Origin: Gammaproteobacteria bacterium
GTDB lineage: Bacteria; Pseudomonadota; Gammaproteobacteria; JACCXJ01
Assembly: GCA_050740575.1 (NCBI GenBank)
Contig: JBOIDM010000038.1
Location: 1 to 32,028 of the forward strand
DNA: 32,028 nt
Direction: 5' to 3'
The notes under the pieces were generated by a model, which worked only from the letters and a program-made list of their open reading frames with translations, made no database searches and was not told the DNA's origin. Position 1 is the stretch's first letter; each line of letters begins with the position of its first letter. Made by a program: the position numbers and the translations under genes. Positions 16,591 to 25,122 of this stretch are shown in pieces.

Positions 16591-17114
16591 CAGCGGCGAG
16601 CGCAGGACGACGTTTGTTGGTGATGCGGCACGCAAAATCCGACTGGAGCAGCGGCCCTGGATCGGACTTTGACCGTCCCCTAGCGAAGCGCGGGGAGCGC
16701 GACGCACCGCGCATGGGCCGCTGGCTGCGCGAACAAGGGTTGATCCCGGACCGGGTCGTGAGCTCACCGGCCAAGCGGGCGCGTCAGACCTGCCTCCTGG
16801 TCTGCGAGGTGCTTGGTATCAAGAAGGGCCAGATTCATTGGGCTCCCGAGATCTACGCCGCCCCGGTCACGGCTTTACTGAATGTCCTTGCGCGCTGTCC
16901 AGAGAAAACCCACAGGCTATTGCTGGTAGGCCACAACCCCGGTTTGGAGGATCTGATTGCTTATCTCGCCTCAGGCCCGCTGCCGGCGCAGGAAAAGCTC
17001 ATGCCGACCGGCGCCGTCGTCGGCATTCGCCTACCCGAATCGTGGACCGATTTACAGCCGGGGTGCGGCCAGATCGAGACGCACAGGGTCCCGAAGGCGT
17101 TGGCGGAGGATTAG
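16587..17114 (+). CDS. sixA: SixA-type phosphohistidine phosphatase (histidine phosphatase superfamily)
   Basis: LLVMRHAKSDW (RHA/G catalytic motif), DRPLAKRGERDA and LLVGHNPGLEDL, in about 175 aa. Its ATG overlaps the nspC TGA in an ATGA at 16587-16590. Confidence 0.75.
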   Translation: MTAASAGRRLLVMRHAKSDWSSGPGSDFDRPLAKRGERDAPRMGRWLREQGLIPDRVVSSPAKRARQTCLLVCEVLGIKKGQIHWAPEIYAAPVTALLNVLARCPEKTHRLLLVGHNPGLEDLIAYLASGPLPAQEKLMPTGAVVGIRLPESWTDLQPGCGQIETHRVPKALAED

Positions 17115-17133
17115 CCGCGGAGCGCGGTTTTCC

Positions 17134-18780
17134 ATGGGCAAGAAGACTCGCGATCAGGCAGGCCCACCCGCCGACTCGCCTGGGTCTGCCGCTGGCGAGC
17201 GCCGCACCGGCCGGTGGCTCTATGCCCCTCTGCTCATCACCGTAGTCCTGGGACTTGCGGTCATGGGTTTGGGGGGGTTTCTGGTGCGGGAGTTGACGCA
17301 CCTTCGATGGGCCACCTGGTCCGTGCCCATCGCCTTGTTGCTGATGTTGGTCGTGACCAGCGGTTTTTTGGGTTTCAGCTTACGGCGCACGCAGAGAAGT
17401 CAACGCATGGCGCGTGCGCTCGCTCAGGAAATCGAGCAACGTGAACACTCGGAGCGATCCTTGCGCGAGAGCGAAGCACGCCTGGAGCGGCAAACCGCTA
17501 CGCTGATGGCATTGACGGGTGACCGGGTCATTCGCTTTTTGGATCTCCGGCGGGCGATGCAGGAGCTGACCGAGCGGGCGGCCTGGGCGCTCGGCGTGGC
17601 GCGCGTCAGCGTGTGGAGGTTCAGCGATGATCAGTCCAAGCTGGAATGCCTGGAGATCTACGAAAGCGACCAAGACCGGCACGGCGTGGGCGGAGAGCTT
17701 AGCGTGGCGGAGTATCCCGCCTATTTCCAGGCGTTACGGGGATGTTGGGCTCTGGCCGCCGATGACGCCGTCAACGATCCGCGCACTAGAGAGTTTGCTA
17801 GTCACTATCTCGTGCCCTTGGGCATCACGTCGATGTTGGATGCGCCGGTGCGCCGTGGAGTTCAGCTTGTCGGGATCGTCTGTCATGAACACATCGGCCC
17901 CGCGCGTTGCTGGACGCTGGATGAGCAGAACTTCGCCGGGTCCGTCGCCGATCTCGCCGCCTTGGCCCTGGAGATTGCACAGCACGAGCAGGCGCGGCGG
18001 ATGCTCGAAGCGGCGCGCGAGGATCTGGAGACGCGGGTCGCCGAGCGCACCCGCGAGTTGCAGGAAGCGAACGAACGCCTCAAAGAGCTCGACCGGCTCA
18101 AGTCCGAGTTCTTGGCTACCATGAGCCATGAACTTCGAACCCCGCTCAACTCGATCATCGGGTTCACGGGGATCCTCAAGCAAGGTATCGCCGGGGAGCT
18201 CAACGCCGAGCAGCACAAGCAGATCTCCATGGTCTATGGCTCCGCCAAGCACCTCTTGACGCTCATCAATGATCTCTTGGACCTCTCCCGAATAGAATCG
18301 GGCCGCGTGGAGTTCCAGTGCGAAGCCATCCGCTGCGAAGAAGTCATCGCGGAAGTGATTGCGAGCTTGGAGCCCGCAGTGGCTGAAAAGGCCCTCAAGT
18401 TGGTGAGCGACATCCCCGCTCCGCTCCCCGAGGTTAGGAGCGACCGCAAGCGGGTCTTTCAGATCTTGTTGAATCTGGCCAATAACGGGGTTAAATTCAC
18501 CGAAGAGGGCGAGGTCCGCATCCGTTGCGTACCCAGGGACGGAGCGCTTGAATTCCACGTGACGGACACCGGGATCGGCATCAAGCCCGAGAACATGGCG
18601 CTGCTCTTCGACGCCTTCCGGCAGGTGGACGGCTCGGCCCGGCGCCGCTATGAAGGCGCGGGACTCGGACTGCACCTGAGCCGCCGGTTGGCCGGGCTCT
18701 TGGGCGGGGACATCCGGGCGCAGAGCGAGTATGGTAAGGGCTCGCGGTTTACTTTGACACTACCGCTCGGCGCGGGGTGA
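17134..18780 (+). CDS. Membrane sensor histidine kinase with a cytoplasmic GAF domain
   Basis: ORF 16957..18780 was trimmed to the ATG at 17134 (MGKKTRDQ...), 19 nt after the sixA stop. It has two TM helices (LYAPLLITVVLGLAVMGLGGFLV and VPIALLLMLVVTSGFLGFSL) and a coiled coil. A GAF-like region follows (VSVWRFSDDQSKLECLEIY...TSMLDAPV...LVGIVCHEH). HisKA is SEFLATMSHELRTPLNSIIG, and the HATPase N/G boxes are NLANNGVKFT, DTGIGI and GAGLGL. There is no receiver or HPt domain. Confidence 0.85.
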   Translation: MGKKTRDQAGPPADSPGSAAGERRTGRWLYAPLLITVVLGLAVMGLGGFLVRELTHLRWATWSVPIALLLMLVVTSGFLGFSLRRTQRSQRMARALAQEIEQREHSERSLRESEARLERQTATLMALTGDRVIRFLDLRRAMQELTERAAWALGVARVSVWRFSDDQSKLECLEIYESDQDRHGVGGELSVAEYPAYFQALRGCWALAADDAVNDPRTREFASHYLVPLGITSMLDAPVRRGVQLVGIVCHEHIGPARCWTLDEQNFAGSVADLAALALEIAQHEQARRMLEAAREDLETRVAERTRELQEANERLKELDRLKSEFLATMSHELRTPLNSIIGFTGILKQGIAGELNAEQHKQISMVYGSAKHLLTLINDLLDLSRIESGRVEFQCEAIRCEEVIAEVIASLEPAVAEKALKLVSDIPAPLPEVRSDRKRVFQILLNLANNGVKFTEEGEVRIRCVPRDGALEFHVTDTGIGIKPENMALLFDAFRQVDGSARRRYEGAGLGLHLSRRLAGLLGGDIRAQSEYGKGSRFTLTLPLGAG

Positions 18781-18786
18781 AAACAA

Positions 18787-19149
18787 ATGGGCAAGAAAAT
18801 ACTGGTGACCGAGGACAACGATCAGAGCCGTTATCTATCGGTGTTCCTACTCGGCACGCACGGCTATGAGGTCATCACGGCGAGCAACGGGTTCGAGGCG
18901 ATCGCGCAGGCCCAGGCACAGCACCCGGACTTGATCCTCATGGATATTCACATGCCCGAGATGGACGGCTATGAGGCCATTCAACGGATCAAGGCCCTGC
19001 CCGAGACCGCCCGAATTCCCATCGTCGCCGTCAGCTCCTACGCCATGGTCGGCGATCGCGACAAGGCTCTTCGCCTCGGATGTTCCGGGTATATCGAGAA
19101 GCCCATCGTTCCGGAGACCTTTGCATCTCAGATAGCCCGGTATCTCTAA
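18787..19149 (+). CDS. Single-domain CheY-like response regulator
   Basis: 120 aa with ILVTEDND, phospho-acceptor context LILMDIHMPEMDG, VAVSS and GYIEKP. It starts 6 nt after the kinase stop. Confidence 0.9.
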   Translation: MGKKILVTEDNDQSRYLSVFLLGTHGYEVITASNGFEAIAQAQAQHPDLILMDIHMPEMDGYEAIQRIKALPETARIPIVAVSSYAMVGDRDKALRLGCSGYIEKPIVPETFASQIARYL

Positions 19150-19178
19150 AACGCTCGCCGCCGAGGAGGGGGAGGGAC

Positions 19179-21326
19179 ATGAACATTCTGATCGTCGACG
19201 ATAACCAGCCAAACCGCTATCTTCTGGAGAGGCTCCTGCCCGCCAACGGCTACCGGGTGCGCTCGGCGAGCGATGGGGCAGAGGCCTTGGAGCGGCTCTC
19301 CGAGCAATCCTTTGACCTCGTCGTCTCCGATATTCTCATGCCGCGCATGGATGGGTTTCAGCTCTGTCGCGCGGTGAAAGGCGATAGCCGCTACCGGCGG
19401 ATCCCGTTTGTATTTTACACGGCGACCTACACCGACCCGCGCGATGAGGCGTTTGCGCTTAGCCTGGGCGCGGCGCGTTTCATCATCAAGCCTCAGGAAC
19501 CCGAGCACTTCATAGACATGTTGCGGGAGGTGATCAAACAGCGGGTGGCTGGGGAGCTCGCGACCCCGCAAGTACCGTTGAACGACGATATCGTCCATCT
19601 TAAGGAGTACAACGCGCGTCTGGTGCGCAAGCTCGAAGACAAGATGCTGCAGCTCGAGAGCCAAAAGGAGCGCTATCTCGTGACGCTCGCCTCGATCGGG
19701 GAAGGGGTCATCACCACGGACGTCGAGGGCCGCATCAGTCTGCTAAATCACCAGGCCGAGCGGCTCACGGGCTGGAGCGAAGCCGAGGTGCAGGGCTTGC
19801 CGCTGCAGCAGGTCCTGAAAATCATCCGCGCGCATCAGCCGGCTGCGGATGAACCGCTGGCGCGATTACTGGCGGAAGACCGCCTCGGGGCGCTATGCAC
19901 TGCGGTGGACGAGCACGCCATCCTGTTACGCCGCGATCAGGAAGCGCTCGCGATCTCGGTTTCGGCCACCCCGATCCGGAATAACGGAGGGAAACTCTAC
20001 GGGGCGGTGTTCGTTCTTCGCGATATCAGCGACAAACGCGAGATGGTCAAGCGCATGACCTACCAGGCGACCCACGACGCGTTGACCGGCCTCATCAACC
20101 GTACCGAGTTGGAACACCGCCTCGAACGCATCTTGAGCGCCAACGCAAGCGACGCACAGCATGCCCTGCTGTACCTGGATCTCGATCAGTTCAAAGTGGT
20201 GAACGACACCTGCGGCCACGCCGCAGGCGATGAGCTCTTGCGCCAGATCACGATGCAGTTGCGATCCAAGGTACGCAAACGCGACACCCTCGCGCGCTTC
20301 GGGGGCGACGAGTTTGGCGTCCTGCTGGAGTATTGCACGGTAACCCAAGCGCTGCGCATCGCCGATGATCTGCGGGGCGCGGTGAGTGATTTCCGGTTTG
20401 TCTGGCAGGATAGGACCTTCGCCATCGGTGTCAGCATCGGTCTGGTGCCGATCCCGGCCGCCGCCAATAGCCTGACGCAGGTGCTGATGGCCGCGGACAG
20501 CGCCTGTTACGCCGCAAAGGGAAGGGGGCGCAATCGCGTGCATGTCTATAAGCCCGATGACGGCGAACTGGCGCTACGGCATAGCGAGATGCAATGGGTG
20601 CCGCGCATCCACCGTGCCTTGGCGGAAGGACGCTTCTGCTTATACGAACAGCCGATCGCACCCTTGGGGGAACTGGGGGCGGAGTGCGAACACGCGGAAG
20701 TCCTGATACGGCTCGTCAATGAGGACGGGGGCCTCGTGCCGGCCGGAGCCTTTATTCCGGCGGCGGAACGCTATGGTCTTATCCAGTCCCTAGACCGCTG
20801 GGTCGTGCGGCAGGTGCTGGCGGTGCTGCGGGCGCGCGGCCCCGATCAAGCCCGCGTCCGCTTTGCCATCAACCTCTCCGGGCCGTCCCTGGGTGATGAG
20901 GCTTTTTTGGAGTTTGTCCTGGGAGAATTGGATCGATGTGACGGGGAGCCGCCCCGTCTTTGTTTCGAGATCACCGAAACTGCGGCGGTGGCCGATCTCA
21001 GCAATGCGTTGCGCTTTATGGGCGCGCTCAGCGCCCGCGGCTGTTGCTTCGCCCTGGACGATTTCGGCAGCGGTTTGGCCTCGTTCAGTTACCTAAAGAG
21101 CCTGCCGGTCGATTGCCTCAAGATCGACGGCGGTTTCGTGAAAAACATGGTGACGGATCAAATCGACCGCGCCATGGTCGAGGCCATACACCGAGTCGGG
21201 AGCGTAATGGGAATCACCACGATCGCAGAGTGTGTTGAGAGCCCGACGACGTTGGAGCGGCTCAAGGCCATCGGCGTCAATTACGCACAAGGCTATGGCA
21301 TCGCCATGCCGAGGCCACTGCAATAA
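19179..21326 (+). CDS. Response regulator with REC-PAS-GGDEF-EAL architecture (c-di-GMP turnover)
   Basis: ORF 19080..21326 was trimmed to the ATG at 19179 (MNILIVDDN), which has GGAGGGGGAGGG upstream. REC is LVVSDILMPRMDG and PAS is SIGEGVITTDVEGRISLLNHQAERLTGW. The GGDEF domain has an intact RFGGDEFGVLL and an RxxD I-site (RKRD) five residues upstream. EAL motifs are EVLIRL, INLS, EITE, ALDDFGSG, LKIDGGFV, IAECVE and QGYGIAMP. Confidence 0.9.
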   Translation: MNILIVDDNQPNRYLLERLLPANGYRVRSASDGAEALERLSEQSFDLVVSDILMPRMDGFQLCRAVKGDSRYRRIPFVFYTATYTDPRDEAFALSLGAARFIIKPQEPEHFIDMLREVIKQRVAGELATPQVPLNDDIVHLKEYNARLVRKLEDKMLQLESQKERYLVTLASIGEGVITTDVEGRISLLNHQAERLTGWSEAEVQGLPLQQVLKIIRAHQPAADEPLARLLAEDRLGALCTAVDEHAILLRRDQEALAISVSATPIRNNGGKLYGAVFVLRDISDKREMVKRMTYQATHDALTGLINRTELEHRLERILSANASDAQHALLYLDLDQFKVVNDTCGHAAGDELLRQITMQLRSKVRKRDTLARFGGDEFGVLLEYCTVTQALRIADDLRGAVSDFRFVWQDRTFAIGVSIGLVPIPAAANSLTQVLMAADSACYAAKGRGRNRVHVYKPDDGELALRHSEMQWVPRIHRALAEGRFCLYEQPIAPLGELGAECEHAEVLIRLVNEDGGLVPAGAFIPAAERYGLIQSLDRWVVRQVLAVLRARGPDQARVRFAINLSGPSLGDEAFLEFVLGELDRCDGEPPRLCFEITETAAVADLSNALRFMGALSARGCCFALDDFGSGLASFSYLKSLPVDCLKIDGGFVKNMVTDQIDRAMVEAIHRVGSVMGITTIAECVESPTTLERLKAIGVNYAQGYGIAMPRPLQ

Positions 21327-21376
21327 CGCCGGGTGAAAGATGAGCTCTCGTGTTCCGGGGCGAGGCTTCGAACTGC

Positions 21377-21988
21377 TCAGGATCTCTGCAAATACTCGCT
21401 TAGCACCTTCCGCACGCTTGTCACGAATCGCTCGAAAATAGCGTTCGGATGCCATACTCCGGGCACGGATTGGCAAAACATCTGCTTACGAAGGCCGACG
21501 GGCAGCTCGATTTGCACCCCTCGTCCTGACTGTCCGCGGTTACAGATATTTGTCTTTCCAATGCCTTGGCGCGTGGGGCTCGGGTCCTCGACCGCGGCAA
21601 AGCCCGATGCGTCCAGCGTGCAAAATAAGCGTGCCCGCAGCGCGCTATCCAAGCCCCCGAGATACACCTCGCGCTCCGATCCGCCGGCGCCGTGGATCGT
21701 TACGACGGTGCGTACGCGCTGGACGGCGACTAAGGCGCGCGGCTCATCGAAATTATCGCTGGTGATATGGAGGGAGTAGTTGCGGCGCGGTTTGAGTCCT
21801 TCAAAACCATAATAGGTGTGCTCGTGGCCGGCGATCGCCTCGGCGATCGGTAGCGTGCCGCGCTCGATGCGCCCGCCGTGTGGGGCGACCACGGCGAACG
21901 GAGAATCCGCAAGCCGAACGTGCACACGGTAGTCCCGCCCTTCGACTTCGGACGCACTCAGCTCCGCGTAGCTTCCATAGAGGTCCAC
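21377..21988 (-). CDS. Poly-gamma-glutamate hydrolase (PghP)/DUF867-like zinc hydrolase family protein
   Basis: GTG start (cac at 21986-21988). [19 protein letters not shown]...[23 protein letters not shown]...YYGFEG...LHITS..FDEP...VVTIHG...VYLGG...NICNRG...GVQIELP matches the UPF0714/YjqB-PghP pattern as I remember it. Confidence 0.65.
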   Translation of the reverse strand: MDLYGSYAELSASEVEGRDYRVHVRLADSPFAVVAPHGGRIERGTLPIAEAIAGHEHTYYGFEGLKPRRNYSLHITSDNFDEPRALVAVQRVRTVVTIHGAGGSEREVYLGGLDSALRARLFCTLDASGFAAVEDPSPTRQGIGKTNICNRGQSGRGVQIELPVGLRKQMFCQSVPGVWHPNAIFERFVTSVRKVLSEYLQRS

Positions 21989-22032
21989 GGCCGCCGTGTC
22001 TTTCGCCCTCCGCCTCCGGCCGTGAGCGCTTG

Positions 22033-22485
22033 CTAAAACGGAATATCGTCGTCAAGATCGGCATGGGCCGCCGGGCTTGGCGGAGGCGCGGAAGGCGCGG
22101 GGGCCGGTTCGCCCGGCGCTTGATTCTCGAAGGGTGCGGTACCCCCGCCACGCCCGCCCAGCATCTGCATTTCGTTCGCAATGATTTCGGTCGAATACCG
22201 GTCGTGGCCGTCCTTGTCTTGCCATTTCTTGGTCTGTATCCGCCCCTCGACGAAGATCTGCGAGCCTTTGTGCAGGTATTCCTTGACGATGTCGGCCAGC
22301 TTGCCGAAGAACACCACCCGATGCCATTCGGTGCGTTCTTGGCTCTCTCCCGTCTCCCGATCGCGCCAGGTTTCATTGGTCGCCAAGCGGACATTGGCCA
22401 CGGCTTGGCCGCTAGGCATGAATCGGACCTCGGGTTCTGCGCCGAGATTACCGATGAGAATCACCTTGTTAATACCTCGAGCCAT
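22033..22485 (-). CDS. ssb: Single-stranded DNA-binding protein
   Basis: [42 protein letters not shown]...[13 protein letters not shown]...[17 protein letters not shown], followed by a Gly/Pro-rich linker and the acidic DDDIPF tail. Confidence 0.95.
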   Translation of the reverse strand: MARGINKVILIGNLGAEPEVRFMPSGQAVANVRLATNETWRDRETGESQERTEWHRVVFFGKLADIVKEYLHKGSQIFVEGRIQTKKWQDKDGHDRYSTEIIANEMQMLGGRGGGTAPFENQAPGEPAPAPSAPPPSPAAHADLDDDIPF

Positions 22486-22569
22486 GCTTTAGCCTCCTCT
22501 ACTCGCTTTGCGCCCATTCACACTTCTAAGATAACATTAAACGCAAGGTTTAGAGTATCAGGGGGATCC

Positions 22570-23844
22570 ATGCTAGAACCCGTTAAAAAACCCGCCTCGG
22601 AGCCCTCCGGGGAGCGGCTCTACACGGCTTCGCCGCGCCGGCACAGTGTCGCTGTTACGGTGGGATCGGTAGTCATCGGTGGCGGCGCACCGGTAGTGGT
22701 GCAGTCGATGACCAATACGGACACTGCTGATGCCGTGGCGACCGTAAAGCAAGTACAGCAATTAGCAGCGGCAGGATCCGAGCTGGTGCGCGTCACGGTC
22801 AATACCGAGGACGCGGCCCGCCAAGTGGGCCGGATCCGCGGGATGTTGGATGCCTCCGGCTGCCACGTGCCGCTCATCGGCGACTTCCATTACAACGGCC
22901 ATCTCCTGCTCACGAAATATCCCGATTGCGCCCAGGCCTTGGCCAAGTACCGCATCAATCCCGGTAACGTCGGTTTCGGGCCCAAGCGCGATCGACAGTT
23001 CAGCGTCATGATTGAGGCGGCGCTCCGCTACGGAAAGCCTGTCCGGATCGGCGTGAATTGGGGCAGCTTGGACGGAGCCTTGCTCACCCGCCTCATGGAC
23101 GAAAACGCCGGACTGGCGCAGCCGCGGGATGCGCGGGAAGTCACCCAAGAGGCTTTGATCGTCTCTGCCCTCGACAGTGCCCAACGCGCTGAAGAGCTTG
23201 GGCTCGGCCGGGATCATATCGTGCTCTCGTGTAAGCTCAGCGGTGTACAGGATTTGATCGCCGTGTACACGGAGCTCGCCCGGCGCTGCGATTGCGCCTT
23301 GCACCTCGGGCTCACGGAGGCGGGGATGGGCTCGAAGGGAATCGTGGCCTCGACCGCCGCCTTGGCGATGTTACTTCAGCAAGGGGTCGGCGATACGATC
23401 CGCGTCTCGCTCACACCGGAACCGGGGGGTGAGCGAAGCACTGAGGTGGTCGTGGCGCAAGAGATCCTGCAAACCATGGGCTTGCGATCTTTCACCCCCC
23501 TGGTGACCGCCTGTCCCGGCTGCGGGCGCACGACGAGCACCGTTTTTCAAGAACTGGCGGAGAAGATCCAATCCTATGTCCGCGCTCAGATGCCCCTCTG
23601 GCGCGAAAAGTACTCCGGGGTGGAAGACATGAGCTTGGCGGTCATGGGCTGCGTGGTCAACGGGCCCGGCGAGAGCAAGCATGCCAACATCGGGATCAGC
23701 CTTCCCGGTACCGGCGAGGCTCCCGCGGCGCCGGTCTTCATCGATGGGCAGAAGGCCTTGACCCTGCGCGGGGAGAGGATCGCCGAGGAATTCCAGCGGT
23801 TGGTGGACGACTATGTGCAGAGGACGTACAGCGTAAAGCCATAG
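22570..23844 (+). CDS. ispG: 4-hydroxy-3-methylbut-2-en-1-yl diphosphate synthase (flavodoxin)
   Basis: ORF 21880..23844 was trimmed to the ATG at 22570 (MLEPVKK...), because the upstream 230 codons are antisense to ssb and the PghP-like gene. Motifs are [30 protein letters not shown], the Fe-S cysteines CPGCGRTTS, and [24 protein letters not shown]. Confidence 0.95.
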   Translation: MLEPVKKPASEPSGERLYTASPRRHSVAVTVGSVVIGGGAPVVVQSMTNTDTADAVATVKQVQQLAAAGSELVRVTVNTEDAARQVGRIRGMLDASGCHVPLIGDFHYNGHLLLTKYPDCAQALAKYRINPGNVGFGPKRDRQFSVMIEAALRYGKPVRIGVNWGSLDGALLTRLMDENAGLAQPRDAREVTQEALIVSALDSAQRAEELGLGRDHIVLSCKLSGVQDLIAVYTELARRCDCALHLGLTEAGMGSKGIVASTAALAMLLQQGVGDTIRVSLTPEPGGERSTEVVVAQEILQTMGLRSFTPLVTACPGCGRTTSTVFQELAEKIQSYVRAQMPLWREKYSGVEDMSLAVMGCVVNGPGESKHANIGISLPGTGEAPAAPVFIDGQKALTLRGERIAEEFQRLVDDYVQRTYSVKP

Positions 23845-23916
23845 GTGCGAAATCAAACGCATGTCCCGTTGGGATGTAATGTAACTCACCTCTAAGAGTG
23901 GCTGAGGAAGGGCGGG

Positions 23917-24462
23917 ATGTCTGAGTTGATACGGCGGCTGCAAGGGGAGCATGATAATTTTTCCAAGCTCTTGGCCTTGCTCGATGCGGAGCTCGAGACC
24001 CTGGACCGCGGGGAGAACGGCAACTTTCGCTTGATGGCGGACATCATGGACTACATGGCCATCTATCCGGATGTGGCCCATCATCCTTTGGAAGATCGGA
24101 TCTTCGCCTGGCTCGTGCAACTCGATCCGGGCAGTAGCGATCCGGTCGATGAGCTGATCGCCGAGCATGGGCGCTTGCGGCACACGGGGAAGGCCTTCTC
24201 CGATCTGGTGCGGGGCGTCGTCGGCGGAGGGATCACCTCCGTGGATAAGCTCAGCGCGCTGGGGCACGAGTATGTCACGCTCAGCCGCGCACATTCCGCG
24301 CGCGAGGAGAGCGAAATATTTCCAAGGCTTGTCACGGTGCTGAGCGATGAGGATTGGACAGAACTCACGGCGGCGGCCGCGGCGAGCGAGGATCCGCTCT
24401 TTGGCGGCATCGTGGATCGGAGCTACGAGGAGATCCTGGCGCAGATCGAACGCCGGCGATGA
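23917..24462 (+). CDS. Hemerythrin-like (HHE cation-binding) domain protein
   Basis: GAGGAAGGG Shine-Dalgarno-like box upstream. Spaced His/Glu ligand candidates are LQGEHDNF, VAHHPLEDRIF, IAEHGRL and REESEIFP, in a 181-aa all-helical-looking protein. Confidence 0.65.
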   Translation: MSELIRRLQGEHDNFSKLLALLDAELETLDRGENGNFRLMADIMDYMAIYPDVAHHPLEDRIFAWLVQLDPGSSDPVDELIAEHGRLRHTGKAFSDLVRGVVGGGITSVDKLSALGHEYVTLSRAHSAREESEIFPRLVTVLSDEDWTELTAAAAASEDPLFGGIVDRSYEEILAQIERRR

Positions 24463-25097
24463 CCGATCGCCACCTGCCCCGTTCAGACAACCTGCCTCCC
24501 TTGAATCGACTCGGGTTGCTCGCATCCCATCGCGGGAGCAACCTGCAGGCGGTAATCGATGCCTGCAACAGCGGACGCCTAGTGGCGGAGCCGCGCGTGG
24601 TGATCAGCAACAACGGGAATGCGGAAGCCTTGGACCGGGCGCGCCGCGAGCGCATCCCAGCCTACCACCTGAGCCTACGAACTCACCCCGATCCGGCGGT
24701 GCTCGATGCGGAGATCTTAACGGCACTGACTCGCCATGAGGCCGGCCTAGTCATATTGACCGGGTACATGAAGCGGCTCGGTCCCCGGGTGCTCGGGTAC
24801 TATCGCGGGCGGGTGATCAACATCCACCCCGCCCTATTGCCCCGCTTCGGCGGGCAAGGCATGTACGGGGATCGCGTGCACGCGGCAGTCCTAGCGGCCG
24901 GTGAGACAGAGACCGGGGTGAGCATCCATCTGGTGGATGCCGAATACGACCGCGGCCCGATCCTCGCGCAGTGCCGGATGCCGGTCGAGCCCGGGGATAC
25001 GGTCAAGACGCTTGCCGAGCGGGTCTTAGCCTGTGAGCATACCTTTCTGGTGGCGACGCTCGCGCGCATTTTATCCGGCACCTTGCCTCTGCCCTGA
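24459..25097 (+). CDS. purN: Phosphoribosylglycinamide formyltransferase
   Basis: ORF 24354..25097 was trimmed to the ATG at 24459, which overlaps the hemerythrin TGA (ATGA at 24459-24462). Motifs are LLASHRGSNLQAVIDA, LVILTGYMKRL, INIHPALLPRFGG and GVSIHLVDAEYDRGPILAQ. Confidence 0.85.
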   Translation: MTDRHLPRSDNLPPLNRLGLLASHRGSNLQAVIDACNSGRLVAEPRVVISNNGNAEALDRARRERIPAYHLSLRTHPDPAVLDAEILTALTRHEAGLVILTGYMKRLGPRVLGYYRGRVINIHPALLPRFGGQGMYGDRVHAAVLAAGETETGVSIHLVDAEYDRGPILAQCRMPVEPGDTVKTLAERVLACEHTFLVATLARILSGTLPLP

Positions 25098-25122
25098 GCC
25101 CGTGGCATCGATTCCCTCGCCG

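Noticed and set aside
16957-17133. Upstream extension of the histidine kinase ORF overlapping sixA. Similar extensions occur at 19080..19178 (REC-PAS-GGDEF-EAL), 25033..25122 (kup), 24354..24458 (purN) and 13146..13325 (yadH-like).
   Set aside because: Each extension overlaps the preceding well-supported gene in another frame and encodes Arg/Ser/Pro-rich junk. Each is followed by an internal ATG with a Shine-Dalgarno-like box or stop-start coupling, where the family homology begins.
17734-18675. A 313-aa antisense ORF inside the kinase gene, and a 250-aa antisense ORF (9893..10645) inside the beta-propeller gene.
   Set aside because: Both are fully nested antisense to genes with clear domain motifs. 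They have no motif or start signal of their own and are the expected artefact of GC-rich codon bias.
21880-22569. A 230-codon N-terminal extension of the ispG ORF (the track lists 21880..23844 as 654 aa).
   Set aside because: The extension runs antisense through ssb and the PghP-like gene. It is Arg/Pro/Gly-rich low-complexity sequence typical of spurious frames in GC-rich DNA. The IspG homology begins right after the ATG at 22570.
23371-24525. A 384-aa minus-strand ORF spanning the ispG 3' end, the hemerythrin gene and the purN start.
   Set aside because: It is antisense to three well-supported genes and contains no recognisable motif. Its composition (R, P, G, A, L, H runs) is typical of an open antisense frame in high-GC coding DNA.
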